From a candidate division WOR-3 bacterium (GTDB lineage: Bacteria > Hydrothermota > 32-111): DNA of 64,000 bases. Shown here one piece after another: positions 11,171-21,409 of the stretch. Position numbers and translations under genes: made by a program. The stretch is taken from contig JBDRZU010000001.1 in assembly GCA_039804105.1 (NCBI GenBank), forward strand, positions 288,001-352,000, written 5' to 3'. The notes beneath the pieces were generated by a model. That model saw nothing but the letters and a program-made list of their open reading frames with translations, was not told where the DNA came from and did no database searches. Positions within the stretch are counted from its first letter, which is position 1; each line of letters opens with the position of its first letter.

Positions 11171-12869
11171 TGTATTTTTCCATCTCCTCTTTTATTAGTT
11201 GATTTATTTTATCAAAAACCTGTTCTTTATCAACCATAATTCTCTGGTTATCCCTTCTCCTTGCGATCTCTACTTTACCTTCATTCAAAAACTTGTTTCC
11301 ATATATGATTTTGAAAGGAATACCGATAAGATCAGCATCTTTAAACTTGTTTCCTGGAGAAAGATCTCTATCATCAAGTAAAGCATCATATATTGAAAAT
11401 CTGTTATAAAGATTCTGTGCTTCATCCACAATAATTTTTTCTTTAACATTTAAAGGAATAATGATAACTTTAAAAGGTGCAACCGAAATCGGCCAAATTA
11501 TGCCGTTTTCATCATTATTCTGTTCAATTATCGTTGACGCGATTCTTCCAAGTCCTATACCATAAGATCCCATAACAATAGGTTTCCTTTCTCCGTTATG
11601 TGTTAAATACTCTGCTTTCATCGATTCAGAATACTTTGTTCCCAGTTGGAAAATATGACCTATTTCAATCGTTTTTTTGATCTCCAATTTCCCACCACAT
11701 TTTTCACATCTGTCATTTTCCTTTAGTTTTATAATATCAACAAATTTTATGTTTTTTATATCTCTTTCGATATTTATATTGATGAAATGGTAATCCTTTT
11801 TGTTTGCACCTGAAACAAGACCTTTCCTTCCTTTCAGTGAGATATCCGCATAAACTGGAATCTTAAGGTTTACAGGTGAAACATAACCTTTTGGAGCATT
11901 ACAATATTTTTCGATCTCTTCATCAGTTGCATATCTGAAGAGTTCACCAAAAATTAAAGTAAGTTTATCTTCATCAATATCCCTATCACCAGGTAGAATA
12001 ATAAAAACTGGTTGACTATTTGCTATCAAAAGTATCGATTTAAATAATCTATTTTTATCAATCTTCAAAAATTCACTTATACTTTCAATACTACCTTCAA
12101 CTGGAGTGAAAACCTCTTTTAATTCTCCATCAATATCAGCAGGGTTTTCAATCAAAGGTCTTGCTACCTCTGTGTTTGATGCTGTTTTACAGTTTTCACA
12201 TATTACAACATTGCTTTCTCCAGCATCAGAAAACGCCATAAACTCCTGAGATTTTTTACCACCCATCAAACCACTTGCTGCTTCTACTACCACAAAATCA
12301 AGCCCACATCTTTTAAAAATTCTTGTGTACGCTTCCCTATGTTTTTCATAAGAAAGATTCAACCCTTCATAATCTTTATCGAGTGAGTAAGAGTCCTTCA
12401 TCTCAAACTGTCTGACTCTTAAAAGTCCGCTTCTTGGACGTGGTTCATCTCTGAACTTTGTTTGAATTTGATACCATATTTGTGGGAGATCTCTGTACGA
12501 TTTAATTTCTTTCCTTGCAAGATCTGTAATGATCTCTTCATGTGTTGGACACATCGCAAAATCTCTTCCTTTACGATCCTTCACTCTGAACATCTCATCT
12601 CCAAAATCTGTCCATCTTCCACTCTCTTCCCATATCTCTTTTGGAGTTAAAACAGGCAGTAAAAGTTCCTGCCCCCCTATTCTATCCATTTCTTCTTTGA
12701 TTATCTTTCTAATGTTCTCAATAACCATGAGTCCTAATGGTAAATATGAATATATACCCGCAGCGTTCTGTCTTATAAAACAACCTCTGAGCATCAGTTT
12801 ATGGCTTACTATCTCAGCATCTTTTGGAATCTCTTTTAAACTGTTAAAAAGAAAATTTGTCAGTTTCAT
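11163..12869 (-). CDS. proS: Proline--tRNA ligase (bacterial type with insertion/editing domain)
   Basis: SHKLMLR, PTHEE, QIQTKFRDEPRPRSGLLRVRQFEMKDSYS, IEIGHIFQLG, MGSYGIG. Confidence 0.97.
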   Translation of the reverse strand: MKLTNFLFNSLKEIPKDAEIVSHKLMLRGCFIRQNAAGIYSYLPLGLMVIENIRKIIKEEMDRIGGQELLLPVLTPKEIWEESGRWTDFGDEMFRVKDRKGRDFAMCPTHEEIITDLARKEIKSYRDLPQIWYQIQTKFRDEPRPRSGLLRVRQFEMKDSYSLDKDYEGLNLSYEKHREAYTRIFKRCGLDFVVVEAASGLMGGKKSQEFMAFSDAGESNVVICENCKTASNTEVARPLIENPADIDGELKEVFTPVEGSIESISEFLKIDKNRLFKSILLIANSQPVFIILPGDRDIDEDKLTLIFGELFRYATDEEIEKYCNAPKGYVSPVNLKIPVYADISLKGRKGLVSGANKKDYHFININIERDIKNIKFVDIIKLKENDRCEKCGGKLEIKKTIEIGHIFQLGTKYSESMKAEYLTHNGERKPIVMGSYGIGLGRIASTIIEQNNDENGIIWPISVAPFKVIIIPLNVKEKIIVDEAQNLYNRFSIYDALLDDRDLSPGNKFKDADLIGIPFKIIYGNKFLNEGKVEIARRRDNQRIMVDKEQVFDKINQLIKEEMEKYNV

Positions 12870-12873
12870 AAGA

Positions 12874-14073
12874 TCATATAACTTTATGTTTTTTACCTAT
12901 TTTTACAAAAGCGTCTATCGCTTTATCAAGATGTTCTTTCGTATGAGCAGCAGATATTTGAACTCTTATCCTCGAACTTCCCTTTGGAACAACAGGATAA
13001 TAGAATCCGATCACATAGATTCCTTCATCCAAAAGATCCTTTGCAAAAATTTGTGATAGTTGAGCATCATTTTCAAATTTTGAAAACATTATTGGAACTA
13101 TCGGATGTATTCCGGGTTTGATATCAAAACCGGCTTGTGTCATTTTTTCTCTGAAATATTTTGTGTTCTCTTCAAGTTTATCTCTGAGTTCAGTTGTCTC
13201 TGAAAGCATATTAAATATTTCGAACGCTGTATAAACAATAACTGGTGATAGAGAGTTCGAGAAAAGGTATGGTCTTGATCTTTGTCTTAAAATTTCGATT
13301 ATCTCTTTTCTTCCTGATATGAATCCACCCATAGCACCACCCAACGCTTTTCCAAGTGTTGAAGTGATTATATCTACTTTATCGATCACATTCATGAGTT
13401 CAACAGTTCCTCTACCAGTTTTTCCAATAAATCCTGTTGCATGGGAATCATCAACCATCACAAGTGCATCATATTTTTCAGCTAGTTGAACTATTTTGTC
13501 AAGTTTTGCAATATCACCATCCATTGAAAATACACCATCAGTTGCTATCATTCGATATCTTAAATTCTGTGTATTTTTTAGAATTTCTTCAAGTTGCTCC
13601 ATATTCGAATGATCATAAACAAACCTTTGGGCTTTGCACAATCTTACACCATCTATTATCGACGCATGGTTTAATTTATCAGAGATTATTGCATCCTGTT
13701 CGTTCAAAAGTGGTTCAAAAACACCACCATTGGCATCAAAACATGCAGCATATAGTATCGTATCATCTTTCTGTAAAAATTCTGAAATCTTATTTTCAAG
13801 TTTTTTATGGATATCGAATGTCCCACAGATGAATCTCACAGAACTTAAACCGTATCCATATTTTTCGATACCTTTTTTTGCTATCTCGATAAGTTTTTCA
13901 CTTCCAGCAAGTCCAAGATAGTTGTTTGCACAGAAATTCAAAACTTTCCTTCCATCGTTAAGAGTTATTTCCACACCTTGCTTTGAAGTTATTATTCTTT
14001 CCTCTTTATACAGATTATCGCTTTTTATTTTTTCGATCTCTTTTTTTAAATCTTCTTTTATTCTTCCATACAT
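12874..14073 (-). CDS. kbl: Glycine C-acetyltransferase (2-amino-3-ketobutyrate CoA ligase)
   Basis: NFCANNYLGL, SSVRFICGT, LNHASIIDG, DGVFSMDG, DDSHA, TLGKALGG, RSRPYLFSN; adjacent to tdh. Confidence 0.95.
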   Translation of the reverse strand: MYGRIKEDLKKEIEKIKSDNLYKEERIITSKQGVEITLNDGRKVLNFCANNYLGLAGSEKLIEIAKKGIEKYGYGLSSVRFICGTFDIHKKLENKISEFLQKDDTILYAACFDANGGVFEPLLNEQDAIISDKLNHASIIDGVRLCKAQRFVYDHSNMEQLEEILKNTQNLRYRMIATDGVFSMDGDIAKLDKIVQLAEKYDALVMVDDSHATGFIGKTGRGTVELMNVIDKVDIITSTLGKALGGAMGGFISGRKEIIEILRQRSRPYLFSNSLSPVIVYTAFEIFNMLSETTELRDKLEENTKYFREKMTQAGFDIKPGIHPIVPIMFSKFENDAQLSQIFAKDLLDEGIYVIGFYYPVVPKGSSRIRVQISAAHTKEHLDKAIDAFVKIGKKHKVI

Positions 14074-14085
14074 AGTTTCTCCTTA

Positions 14086-15186
14086 TTATTCTTTAAACTC
14101 TTTCAACCTTTCATTTAAAATTTTTTTATCAGGAAAGAGTACTATCTTTGCTGAAACTCTTGGAATTTTCATCATCTCTTCAAAACCTTTTTCAAAATCC
14201 TCGAGAGAAAAAAGATTTGTTATCACAGGTCTTATATCAAGTTTTTTTGATGAAAGCATATTTTTTACTCTTAACCAAGTATCGAACATTCTTCGTCCTG
14301 AAATACCATGTATCTGAATTCCCTTAAAAACTATCTGATTATTATAATCAATTTCCAACTTTTGTTCAGGGGTGATTCCAAATGCAGAAAACCTTCCACC
14401 TTTTCTTAAAGAGTTTAACCCTTCTTCAACCGCCTGTTTAGCACCTGCCATCTCAACAACTATATCTGCTCCATAACCATCGGTGTTATCCTTAATAAAT
14501 TGAACCCTGTCAATATTATCAGTCGCTTTCAAAGAATAATCTGCTCCCATTTTTTTGCCAATCTCCATATTGAAATCAAAAACACCAACATGAAAAATTT
14601 TTGATGCTCCTGCAAGTTTTGCAACACCTATTGCGAACAAAGCAGTTGGGCCATCACCAAAAATAGCAACCCTTTTGCCATATAAGTTATAATCTTCACC
14701 TAAAACAGCATAGGTAGCATTCCCAAGGGGTTCCTGAACTGATGCTATCTCTGGTGGAATGCTTTTGTCGTTGACCCATGCAACGGACTCTGGAATCACA
14801 GCATACTCAGCAAAAACTCCATCTCGATCAACACCCAAAATATCGCCGTTTGTACAAATGTGTTCGTTACCTGTTAAACAGTTTATACACTTTTTACATG
14901 GTATATGTGTTTCAGCAGAGATGAAATCCCCAACTTTTATTTTTTTAACGGATGAACCCACTTCAACAACTTCACCACAAACCTCATGTCCAAGTGTTTG
15001 GGGAACATTTTTTATTCTTGTTTCAGACCATTTATCCCATTTGTATATATGAACATCTGTTCCACATATACTGGTAGCAACAACTTTTATTAAAACTTCA
15101 TCGGGCTTTATTCTTGGAATTTCCACATCAACAAAATTTGCACCTTTTTCTCTTTTAAGTTTTCTTACTGCTTTCATTGTTCCCAT
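14086..15186 (-). CDS. tdh: L-threonine 3-dehydrogenase
   Basis: Zn-dependent MDR: ICGTDVHIY.W, GHE, structural CxxCxxC-x7-C, EPLGNA, GISGRRMFDTW; paired with kbl. Confidence 0.88.
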   Translation of the reverse strand: MGTMKAVRKLKREKGANFVDVEIPRIKPDEVLIKVVATSICGTDVHIYKWDKWSETRIKNVPQTLGHEVCGEVVEVGSSVKKIKVGDFISAETHIPCKKCINCLTGNEHICTNGDILGVDRDGVFAEYAVIPESVAWVNDKSIPPEIASVQEPLGNATYAVLGEDYNLYGKRVAIFGDGPTALFAIGVAKLAGASKIFHVGVFDFNMEIGKKMGADYSLKATDNIDRVQFIKDNTDGYGADIVVEMAGAKQAVEEGLNSLRKGGRFSAFGITPEQKLEIDYNNQIVFKGIQIHGISGRRMFDTWLRVKNMLSSKKLDIRPVITNLFSLEDFEKGFEEMMKIPRVSAKIVLFPDKKILNERLKEFKE

Positions 15187-15190
15187 TTTA

Positions 15191-16507
15191 TCATATCTCC
15201 TTTAAAGATTTTTCAACTATTTTTACTCCTTTTAAAGCATCATCTTTTGAAAGATTGAGAGGTGGTCTAAATCTTATACTCTTTTCACCACATTTTATTG
15301 AGAATAAACCATTTTCAAAAAGTTTATCAAACATCTTATCCCTTTTTTCCGTATTCTCAAGATCAAATGCTATCATCAATCCCCTTCCCCTTATATTACT
15401 AATTTTTTTACTCTCGATCTTCTTCAACTCATCAAGTAAAAATTCACCGACATTCTTTGCGTTTTCAACAAGTTTTTCCTCATCAATTATCTGCAAAATT
15501 CTCGTTGCTCTGACCATATCGGTCAAACTTCCACCCCAGGTTGAATTTATCCTTGAAGATTCTGCAAAAACATGGTTTTCAACTTCGTCAACTCTATCTG
15601 AACACATTATTCCACAGATCTGTGATTTTTTTCCAAAAGCAACTATATCTGGCTTTATATCAAAATGTTCAAAACACCAGAATTTTCCAGTTAATCCCAT
15701 ACCTGTCTGCACTTCATCGAGTATAAACATTATTTCACTTTCAAGAGTAATCTCTCTTAATTTTTTGAAAAACTCTTTTCTAAAATGCCTGTCTCCACCT
15801 TCTGCCTGAATCGGTTCAAGTATGAGTGCTGCTATATTGTCTCCATCTTTTAATATTATTTCTTTGATTTCATTTAAAATTTTTTCTTCTTCCTTTTCAA
15901 CCCTTTTGATCTCTTCTCCTGTAATTGGGAATTTCAATGCTGGACTTTCAACACGAGGCCAATCAAATTTCGGGAAAAATTTTGTTTTTCTTGGATCAAA
16001 AGTGTTTGTCATACTTAAAGTGTATCCACTTCTTCCGTGAAAAGCATGTTTGAAATGTATAACTTTGGTTCCTATTTCTCCTTTTCCCTTTTTAAGATTT
16101 TTTCTAATTTTCCAATCAAACGCAGTTTTTAATGCGTTTTCAACTGCAAGTGCACCACCTGAAACAAAGAACAGGTATTTCATAAAATCTGGTTTTGCTA
16201 TATGTCCGAAAGTATCAACGAATTCAGCCATCTCAACAGTGTAAATATCTGAATTGGATGGTTTATGTATTGAAACTTTACCGATCTTTTTGATAAACTC
16301 TTCGTTGTTCATTTTTGGGTGGTTAAAACCGATCGGAGAGGAAGCGAAAAATGTGAAAAAATCAAGATACTCTTTGCCATATTTTGAATCGTAAAGATAA
16401 GAACCATGTGACTTTTCTGCATCAAAAACAAGATCAAATCCATCAACAAGCATATATTTTGATAATGTTTCAAGAACATTTTTAGGATATATTTTATTAG
16501 TCATCAT
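15191..16507 (-). CDS. lat: L-lysine 6-transaminase (class III aminotransferase)
   Basis: LVDGFDLVFD, KPSNSDIY, GGALAVENALKTAFDWK, AFHGRSGYT, FPKFDWPR, EPIQAEGGD, DEVQTG, AFGKK, SRINSTWGG. Confidence 0.9.
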   Translation of the reverse strand: MMTNKIYPKNVLETLSKYMLVDGFDLVFDAEKSHGSYLYDSKYGKEYLDFFTFFASSPIGFNHPKMNNEEFIKKIGKVSIHKPSNSDIYTVEMAEFVDTFGHIAKPDFMKYLFFVSGGALAVENALKTAFDWKIRKNLKKGKGEIGTKVIHFKHAFHGRSGYTLSMTNTFDPRKTKFFPKFDWPRVESPALKFPITGEEIKRVEKEEEKILNEIKEIILKDGDNIAALILEPIQAEGGDRHFRKEFFKKLREITLESEIMFILDEVQTGMGLTGKFWCFEHFDIKPDIVAFGKKSQICGIMCSDRVDEVENHVFAESSRINSTWGGSLTDMVRATRILQIIDEEKLVENAKNVGEFLLDELKKIESKKISNIRGRGLMIAFDLENTEKRDKMFDKLFENGLFSIKCGEKSIRFRPPLNLSKDDALKGVKIVEKSLKEI

Positions 16508-16537
16508 ACCTCCTGAGTTAAAGGAAATTAAATTATA

Positions 16538-16565
16538 AATATATCAAATATTTATCAAAAGTCAA
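16538..16565 (-). promoter_or_regulatory. Putative sigma70 promoter for the lat-tdh-kbl-proS run
   Basis: TTGACT-N16-TATATT with an extended TGn; GGAGG SD before the lat start. Confidence 0.55.
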
Positions 16566-16586
16566 TAATAAGATATGAGATAAATT

Positions 16587-16614
16587 AAAAAAGGGGCTTT
16601 TAAAAGCCCCTTTT
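16587..16614 (-). terminator. Intrinsic terminator downstream of the 16622-18535 gene
   Basis: AAAAGGGGCTTTTAAAAGCCCCTTTT hairpin with a U-tract on the minus strand. Confidence 0.8.
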
Positions 16615-16621
16615 AAAAGAT

Positions 16622-18535
16622 TTAGTTAACTACAACGAATTTTTTAACAAACGGTCTCTCTTCACCTGTAATTTGGATAAAATAAACACCCTTTGATAAT
16701 TTCTTCGAGAGTGTTATCTTATAAACTCCTTTTCCAGATTCTACAGGTTTATTAACAACATTTCTTCCAGTTAAATCATAGATCATAATGTTTGTTGGAT
16801 TATCGACCTCTTTATTGTATATGAACGAGAAAATTCCATTACCGTTGTCTTCAACAACAATCTTTTCAACTTTTAAATTTTCATCAAGACCTGTGAGTTT
16901 TGTTAAATTAACAGAACAGGTATAAGAAGTGTCTTCAAGTGTGAAAGTTATAGAATCTGGTGCATAACCGTTGTGTTCAAATTTCAGTTTGTAAGATTTT
17001 CCAAGAGGTAAATTTGAGAAGGAATAATATCCTGTTGCGTCTGTTGTATCAACTGTTACAACATCATAGTATATGGTTACGATTGAATTTGAAAGATCTG
17101 ATGGAGAATCGCTCAAATCAACATATCCAGAAATAGTTCCTTTTAATCTTAAAAGTGTTTTATTTATAATAGTATCTGATTGCAAAACTATTTCAGATGA
17201 GTCGGTTTCGTAATATGTCTTTTTGAAAATCAAGTTGTAAGTTCCTTCTGTTATTGGACCAAAATCAAATGATCCAACTGAATCTGTTACAATCGTATCA
17301 TTGAAATTATTGTTGTAAAGAATTACAGAGATTCCTGAGGAATTTGAATTATCATCAAGTGTAACTACACCTGAAATATTAAAAAGATTAACTATCTCAA
17401 TATCCGAATTATTCCTTGGTTGCAATTTATAGTTTCCATATGTATAATCAAGAATTCCAGTGATATAAACAGTTTGTCCTATTGAAGGAACAGTATATGT
17501 CGCAAGGTTATCGATTGTGAGTGTATCAACACCATCAGAAACAAGCCATTCACCATTTGCATCAGGTGCAGTTAAGACTGCAACAGGTCCAACTTTTATT
17601 AAAACACCTTCATAGTTCTCTCCAATCTGTGATAACGAAAGAACAAAAGGTGCAGGAGAAGTTCCATCACCTGCTTTATAAAGTTCTGTTCCAACACTAA
17701 CAAGTTGTGTTTTATTAAAGTATTCATTTACAAGACCATGATAAAAAATTATAGTATCTCCAACATTGTATGTATGGTTTCCAATATCACCATAGACACA
17801 TATACCATCCCATTCTTTTGGTCCTGTTTTTGATGTTATATAATATTGACCAGTAAAAACTGCTGTAACTACACATGTATCTATTACCTTTACTGTTGAA
17901 TCTTTATAAAGTGAAAAAGAATCAGGTGTGGTTTGAATATCAACTATACTCTTTAGCAACAATGGGTTATTTGCACTTCCAGGAGTTCTTACCATATAGT
18001 GTGCAAAATCTAAATAGTTATTGTTGAATTCAAAAGTGAAAGGATCAGTATGTCTTCCCATATAAGCAAAATAATTTGTTGCAGGAGCTACATCATAGGT
18101 AGGCCATGTCTCTCCTCTGAATACAGAATCCGCTCCAGATGGAAGTCCATAACAAACAGCATCAAGTGTTGTGTATGAACCAAGTGAATCAAATCTTAAA
18201 ATTATATTATCAGATGGACCATTTTGAAAATCAACCAATGTTGAAATCATATCATAGTTTGGAACATTTGCAGATTGCGCAACAACAAAGTAACTGTCAG
18301 CTGGAATTGTTTTTCCTGAAAGATTTATTGTTGCAAACACTGCACCACCATTACCATTTATTCCAACAATCTTAACTGAATCAAGAGATGTCCCCGGTAT
18401 TCCTTTTATCTCTATATAACAACTCGTATCAGTTCCAGGTGCATCGTAAAAAAATTCGTTGATATAAAGCGTCGGCACTGCAAAAACATATGAGAAGATA
18501 AAAATTAACAGGGGTAAAAATAAAAACTTTTTCAT
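16622..18535 (-). CDS. Secreted protein: lamin-tail domain, OB-fold-like modules, carboxypeptidase-regulatory-like beta repeats, T9SS-like C-terminal domain
   Basis: Signal peptide; INEFFYD..G.D...IEI and TPG..N (LTD); YEGVLIKV and YKLQPR (nuclease-associated OB-like); TD..G.Y.F..L..G.Y repeats; C-terminal IYDLTGRNV...LSKGVYFIQI...KKFVV. Confidence 0.75.
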   Translation of the reverse strand: MKKFLFLPLLIFIFSYVFAVPTLYINEFFYDAPGTDTSCYIEIKGIPGTSLDSVKIVGINGNGGAVFATINLSGKTIPADSYFVVAQSANVPNYDMISTLVDFQNGPSDNIILRFDSLGSYTTLDAVCYGLPSGADSVFRGETWPTYDVAPATNYFAYMGRHTDPFTFEFNNNYLDFAHYMVRTPGSANNPLLLKSIVDIQTTPDSFSLYKDSTVKVIDTCVVTAVFTGQYYITSKTGPKEWDGICVYGDIGNHTYNVGDTIIFYHGLVNEYFNKTQLVSVGTELYKAGDGTSPAPFVLSLSQIGENYEGVLIKVGPVAVLTAPDANGEWLVSDGVDTLTIDNLATYTVPSIGQTVYITGILDYTYGNYKLQPRNNSDIEIVNLFNISGVVTLDDNSNSSGISVILYNNNFNDTIVTDSVGSFDFGPITEGTYNLIFKKTYYETDSSEIVLQSDTIINKTLLRLKGTISGYVDLSDSPSDLSNSIVTIYYDVVTVDTTDATGYYSFSNLPLGKSYKLKFEHNGYAPDSITFTLEDTSYTCSVNLTKLTGLDENLKVEKIVVEDNGNGIFSFIYNKEVDNPTNIMIYDLTGRNVVNKPVESGKGVYKITLSKKLSKGVYFIQITGEERPFVKKFVVVN

Positions 18536-18545
18536 AATTCACCTC

Positions 18546-19700
18546 TTACTTTAAAAGGTTAACTTTATAGACAAAAGTTTTTCCCTCTTTTTCCACTTTC
18601 ACAAAATAAATTCCTGATTTTACTGAAAATATCATATTTTTTAAGAATGAAGTGTACAATGTTCTTCCAGTTATATCAAGAATTGAAACTTTTGAAGAAT
18701 AATCTGTCAAACTTTCAATTCTTATTCCAACATTGTTTAGCGAATAAACCTTAATTGAAAAAGATTTATCATTTGGTTTCAAAATTTCATCGAGATTGTT
18801 GTAATCTGCAGGTGTTGGAATCTCTTTTTTAAAATCAACAGAAGTTATCTCATCATAACCTTTAAAGAATGTTCTTGTCCCATTTGGTATAACTGAAAAT
18901 GAGGTATCAGCTGGAATATTATGCCATCCAACCTGATCTATCCTGTTCCCTGCATTGTTATAAAGGTATATATTGTCTCTGTAAGCATCAAGGTAAAAGT
19001 ATTGTGGGAAAGAGGTGTCATATAAAACAAAATATCCATAAGCAGGAATCGTTGTTCCTGATGGGATATAATAATCATCATCACAAACAATAATCCAATT
19101 ACTTATGTCTACCGGAGTATTTGAATTATTATAAAGTTCAATAAACTCAGTTACAGCAGTTGAATTGTCGTTTGAATCTGATGGATACACTTCATTGATA
19201 AAAACTGTTCCTGTACCCAACATATTCGCAGGACAATCGTTTGCACTTCCCATAGTCGGTGTAAAATCCATATTGAAATCTAAAGCATGATCTCCAGTAT
19301 TATCAACCCTTGCGCAGGAAAAATTGTATATAGGGGCAGGTGCTCCTCCAAGATCACCATAACCAACTGAATCTATGAGATTATCCGAAGCATCCTTTAT
19401 GATTATTATCGCTCCATCGTTTGGAAGTCCCAAAGAATCGTTAAACTCCACTGCACCAAGATTAAACGCTTTATACCCACCTGCTGGAATTGTATATGAT
19501 TTAAATGTTGTACTACTCGTTGAGGTAGAGCCCTTTATATAAAGTTTATAACCATTAACATCAATCGAAGTAGTCCCATCGTTGTAGAGTTCTATCTGTT
19601 CAGCACTCGTTGGTGTTACTATAAACTCGTTGATCTTTAAATCAGCGAAGAGATTAAAAAATGTTAAAATTGCAAAGATTAAAAGACAAAGTTTTTTCAT
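18546..19700 (-). CDS. Secreted protein with two lamin-tail domains and a T9SS-like C-terminal domain
   Basis: KINEF...EQIELYN and INEVYP...EFIELYN...DISNW; C-terminal ILDITGRTL...SGIYFVKV. Confidence 0.75.
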   Translation of the reverse strand: MKKLCLLIFAILTFFNLFADLKINEFIVTPTSAEQIELYNDGTTSIDVNGYKLYIKGSTSTSSTTFKSYTIPAGGYKAFNLGAVEFNDSLGLPNDGAIIIIKDASDNLIDSVGYGDLGGAPAPIYNFSCARVDNTGDHALDFNMDFTPTMGSANDCPANMLGTGTVFINEVYPSDSNDNSTAVTEFIELYNNSNTPVDISNWIIVCDDDYYIPSGTTIPAYGYFVLYDTSFPQYFYLDAYRDNIYLYNNAGNRIDQVGWHNIPADTSFSVIPNGTRTFFKGYDEITSVDFKKEIPTPADYNNLDEILKPNDKSFSIKVYSLNNVGIRIESLTDYSSKVSILDITGRTLYTSFLKNMIFSVKSGIYFVKVEKEGKTFVYKVNLLK

Positions 19701-19723
19701 TCTTCCTCCTAATAAATAAAATT

Positions 19724-21019
19724 TTAAGGCTCAGTCCTATCAAGTGTTCTGGCAAATGGGATCACTTCCCTGATATGTTGTGTTTTTGTAATCCATTGAA
19801 CGAATCTTTCGATCCCAAGTCCAAAACCTGCATGTGGAACAGAACCATATTTTCTTAAATCAAGATACCATTTGAAACTTTCAATCGGAAGATTATGTTC
19901 TACAATTCTGTTTAAAAGAGTATCATAATCATCCTCTCTCTGTCCACCACCTATAGTTTCTCCATATCCTTCACCAGCAATCATATCAAAACCAAGCGCA
20001 AGATCAGGTCTATCTTTATCCCTTTTCATGTAAAACGCTTTTATTTCAGCAGGATACCTGTGAACAAAAACAGGTCTATCGAATTCTAAAGACAGAGCGG
20101 CCTCATCAGGTGCACCAAAATCATCTCCAAATTTTATATCAATTCCTTTTTTATTCAAAATTTTTATAGCGTCCTCATAAGTTATTCTATAAAAAGGTTT
20201 TTTTACATTTTCGAGTGGTTTGATATCCCTTTCCAACGTTTTCAAATCTTCTCCCCTTCTTTCGAGTATTTTTTCAACCAAATATACAACAAGATCTTCA
20301 GCAAGTTCCATATCATCATCTATATCGAAGAAAGCAACCTCAGGTTCAATCTGCCAGAACTCTGTTAGGTGTCTTCTCGTTTTTGATTTTTCCGCTCTGA
20401 AAGCAGGGCCAAAACAGTAAACTTTTCCATAAGCGAGTGCCGCAGCTTCCATATAGAGTTGACCTGATTGGGAAAGATAAACTTTTTTTTCATCGAAATA
20501 GTTTACCTCAAAAAGAGTCGTAGTTCCCTCACAAGCGGATGGTGTGAATATCGGAGCATCAATACATAAAAATTTTCTGTTGTTAAAAAACTCTCTTGCA
20601 TAAAAAACAACATCACTTCTTACTCTCATCAAAGCTGCCTGTTTTTTTGATCTGAGCCATAAGTGTCTATTGGATTGCAAAAAATCAACACCATGTTCTT
20701 TTGGAGAAATCGGATAATCTATCGATTTCGAAATGATTATAAAATCTATTATATCAAGTTCAACTCCAGATGGGGCTCTTTTGTCTTCTCTCACTTTTCC
20801 ATACAATATTAAACTCGTTTCCTGAGTCAATTCATCAAATCTTTTTATGATCTCTTCATTATGGTTGGGATGATACAAAACTGCTTGAACTATGCCAGTC
20901 CCATCTCTGAACAAAAGAAAAGAAATTTTTCCACTTGAACGGGTATTGTATACCCAACCTTTTAATTCAACTTCTTCACCAATATGATTTTTCAATTCAT
21001 CAACAGTTAAATATTTCAA
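19724..21019 (-). CDS. asnS: Asparagine--tRNA ligase (start revised to TTG at 21019)
   Basis: GWVYNTRSSGKISFL..RDGTG, PKEHG, RHLWLRS, LSQSGQLY, FRAEKSKTRRHLTEFW, YGSVPHAGFGLG.ER; GGAGG SD 5 nt upstream of an in-frame TTG; the longer ORF-track start overlaps rnpB. Confidence 0.93.
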   Translation of the reverse strand: MKYLTVDELKNHIGEEVELKGWVYNTRSSGKISFLLFRDGTGIVQAVLYHPNHNEEIIKRFDELTQETSLILYGKVREDKRAPSGVELDIIDFIIISKSIDYPISPKEHGVDFLQSNRHLWLRSKKQAALMRVRSDVVFYAREFFNNRKFLCIDAPIFTPSACEGTTTLFEVNYFDEKKVYLSQSGQLYMEAAALAYGKVYCFGPAFRAEKSKTRRHLTEFWQIEPEVAFFDIDDDMELAEDLVVYLVEKILERRGEDLKTLERDIKPLENVKKPFYRITYEDAIKILNKKGIDIKFGDDFGAPDEAALSLEFDRPVFVHRYPAEIKAFYMKRDKDRPDLALGFDMIAGEGYGETIGGGQREDDYDTLLNRIVEHNLPIESFKWYLDLRKYGSVPHAGFGLGIERFVQWITKTQHIREVIPFARTLDRTEP

Positions 21020-21044
21020 TTGAACCTCCAAAACTTTAAAAATT

Positions 21045-21375
21045 TGTGGGTAGATAGTAAGCCGAATTCTGTTTTCTGGCAATCTATCTTGGATGGTTGT
21101 TACCAGCCATCTCAAGCGATCTACCCGAGGTTTTAGCCGGGCAAGCTAACCTCTGTTTGATCTTGCTCCGGATGGGGTTTGCCAATCTGTCCAGTTACCT
21201 GAACAGATGGTGAGCTCTTACCTCACCTTTTCACCCTTACCTACCAATAGGTAGGCGGTATATTTTCTGTTGCACTTTCCATAAGCTTTCGCTTTCCGGG
21301 TGTTACCCGGCATCCTGCCCTGTGGAGTTCGGACTTTCCTCAAGTTAAAGAACTTGTAGCCAGCATCTACCCACA
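21045..21375 (-). ncRNA. rnpB: RNase P RNA, type A (compact, about 330 nt)
   Basis: GAGGAAAGTCCGAAC near the 5' end and AACAGAATTCGGCTTA near the 3' end (P4 with compensatory changes); P1 TGTGGGTAGAT/ATCTACCCACA; AGTGCAACAGAAA, GGTGAAA..GGTAAGAGC and GGCAAACCCC..GGAGCAA motifs; P13, P14 and P18 present, P19 not apparent. Confidence 0.96.
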
Positions 21376-21381
21376 GTTTTT

Positions 21382-21409
21382 ATTATAACTTTTAAAAATA
21401 TCAAGTCAA
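21382..21409 (-). promoter_or_regulatory. sigma70 promoter of rnpB(-asnS)
   Basis: TTGACT-N16-TATAAT ending about 7 nt before the P1 5' strand. Confidence 0.75.

Noticed and set aside
21020..21115. N-terminal extension of asnS in the ORF track
   Set aside because: It overlaps the RNase P RNA 3' region; an SD-supported TTG at 21019 gives a normal-length AsnRS
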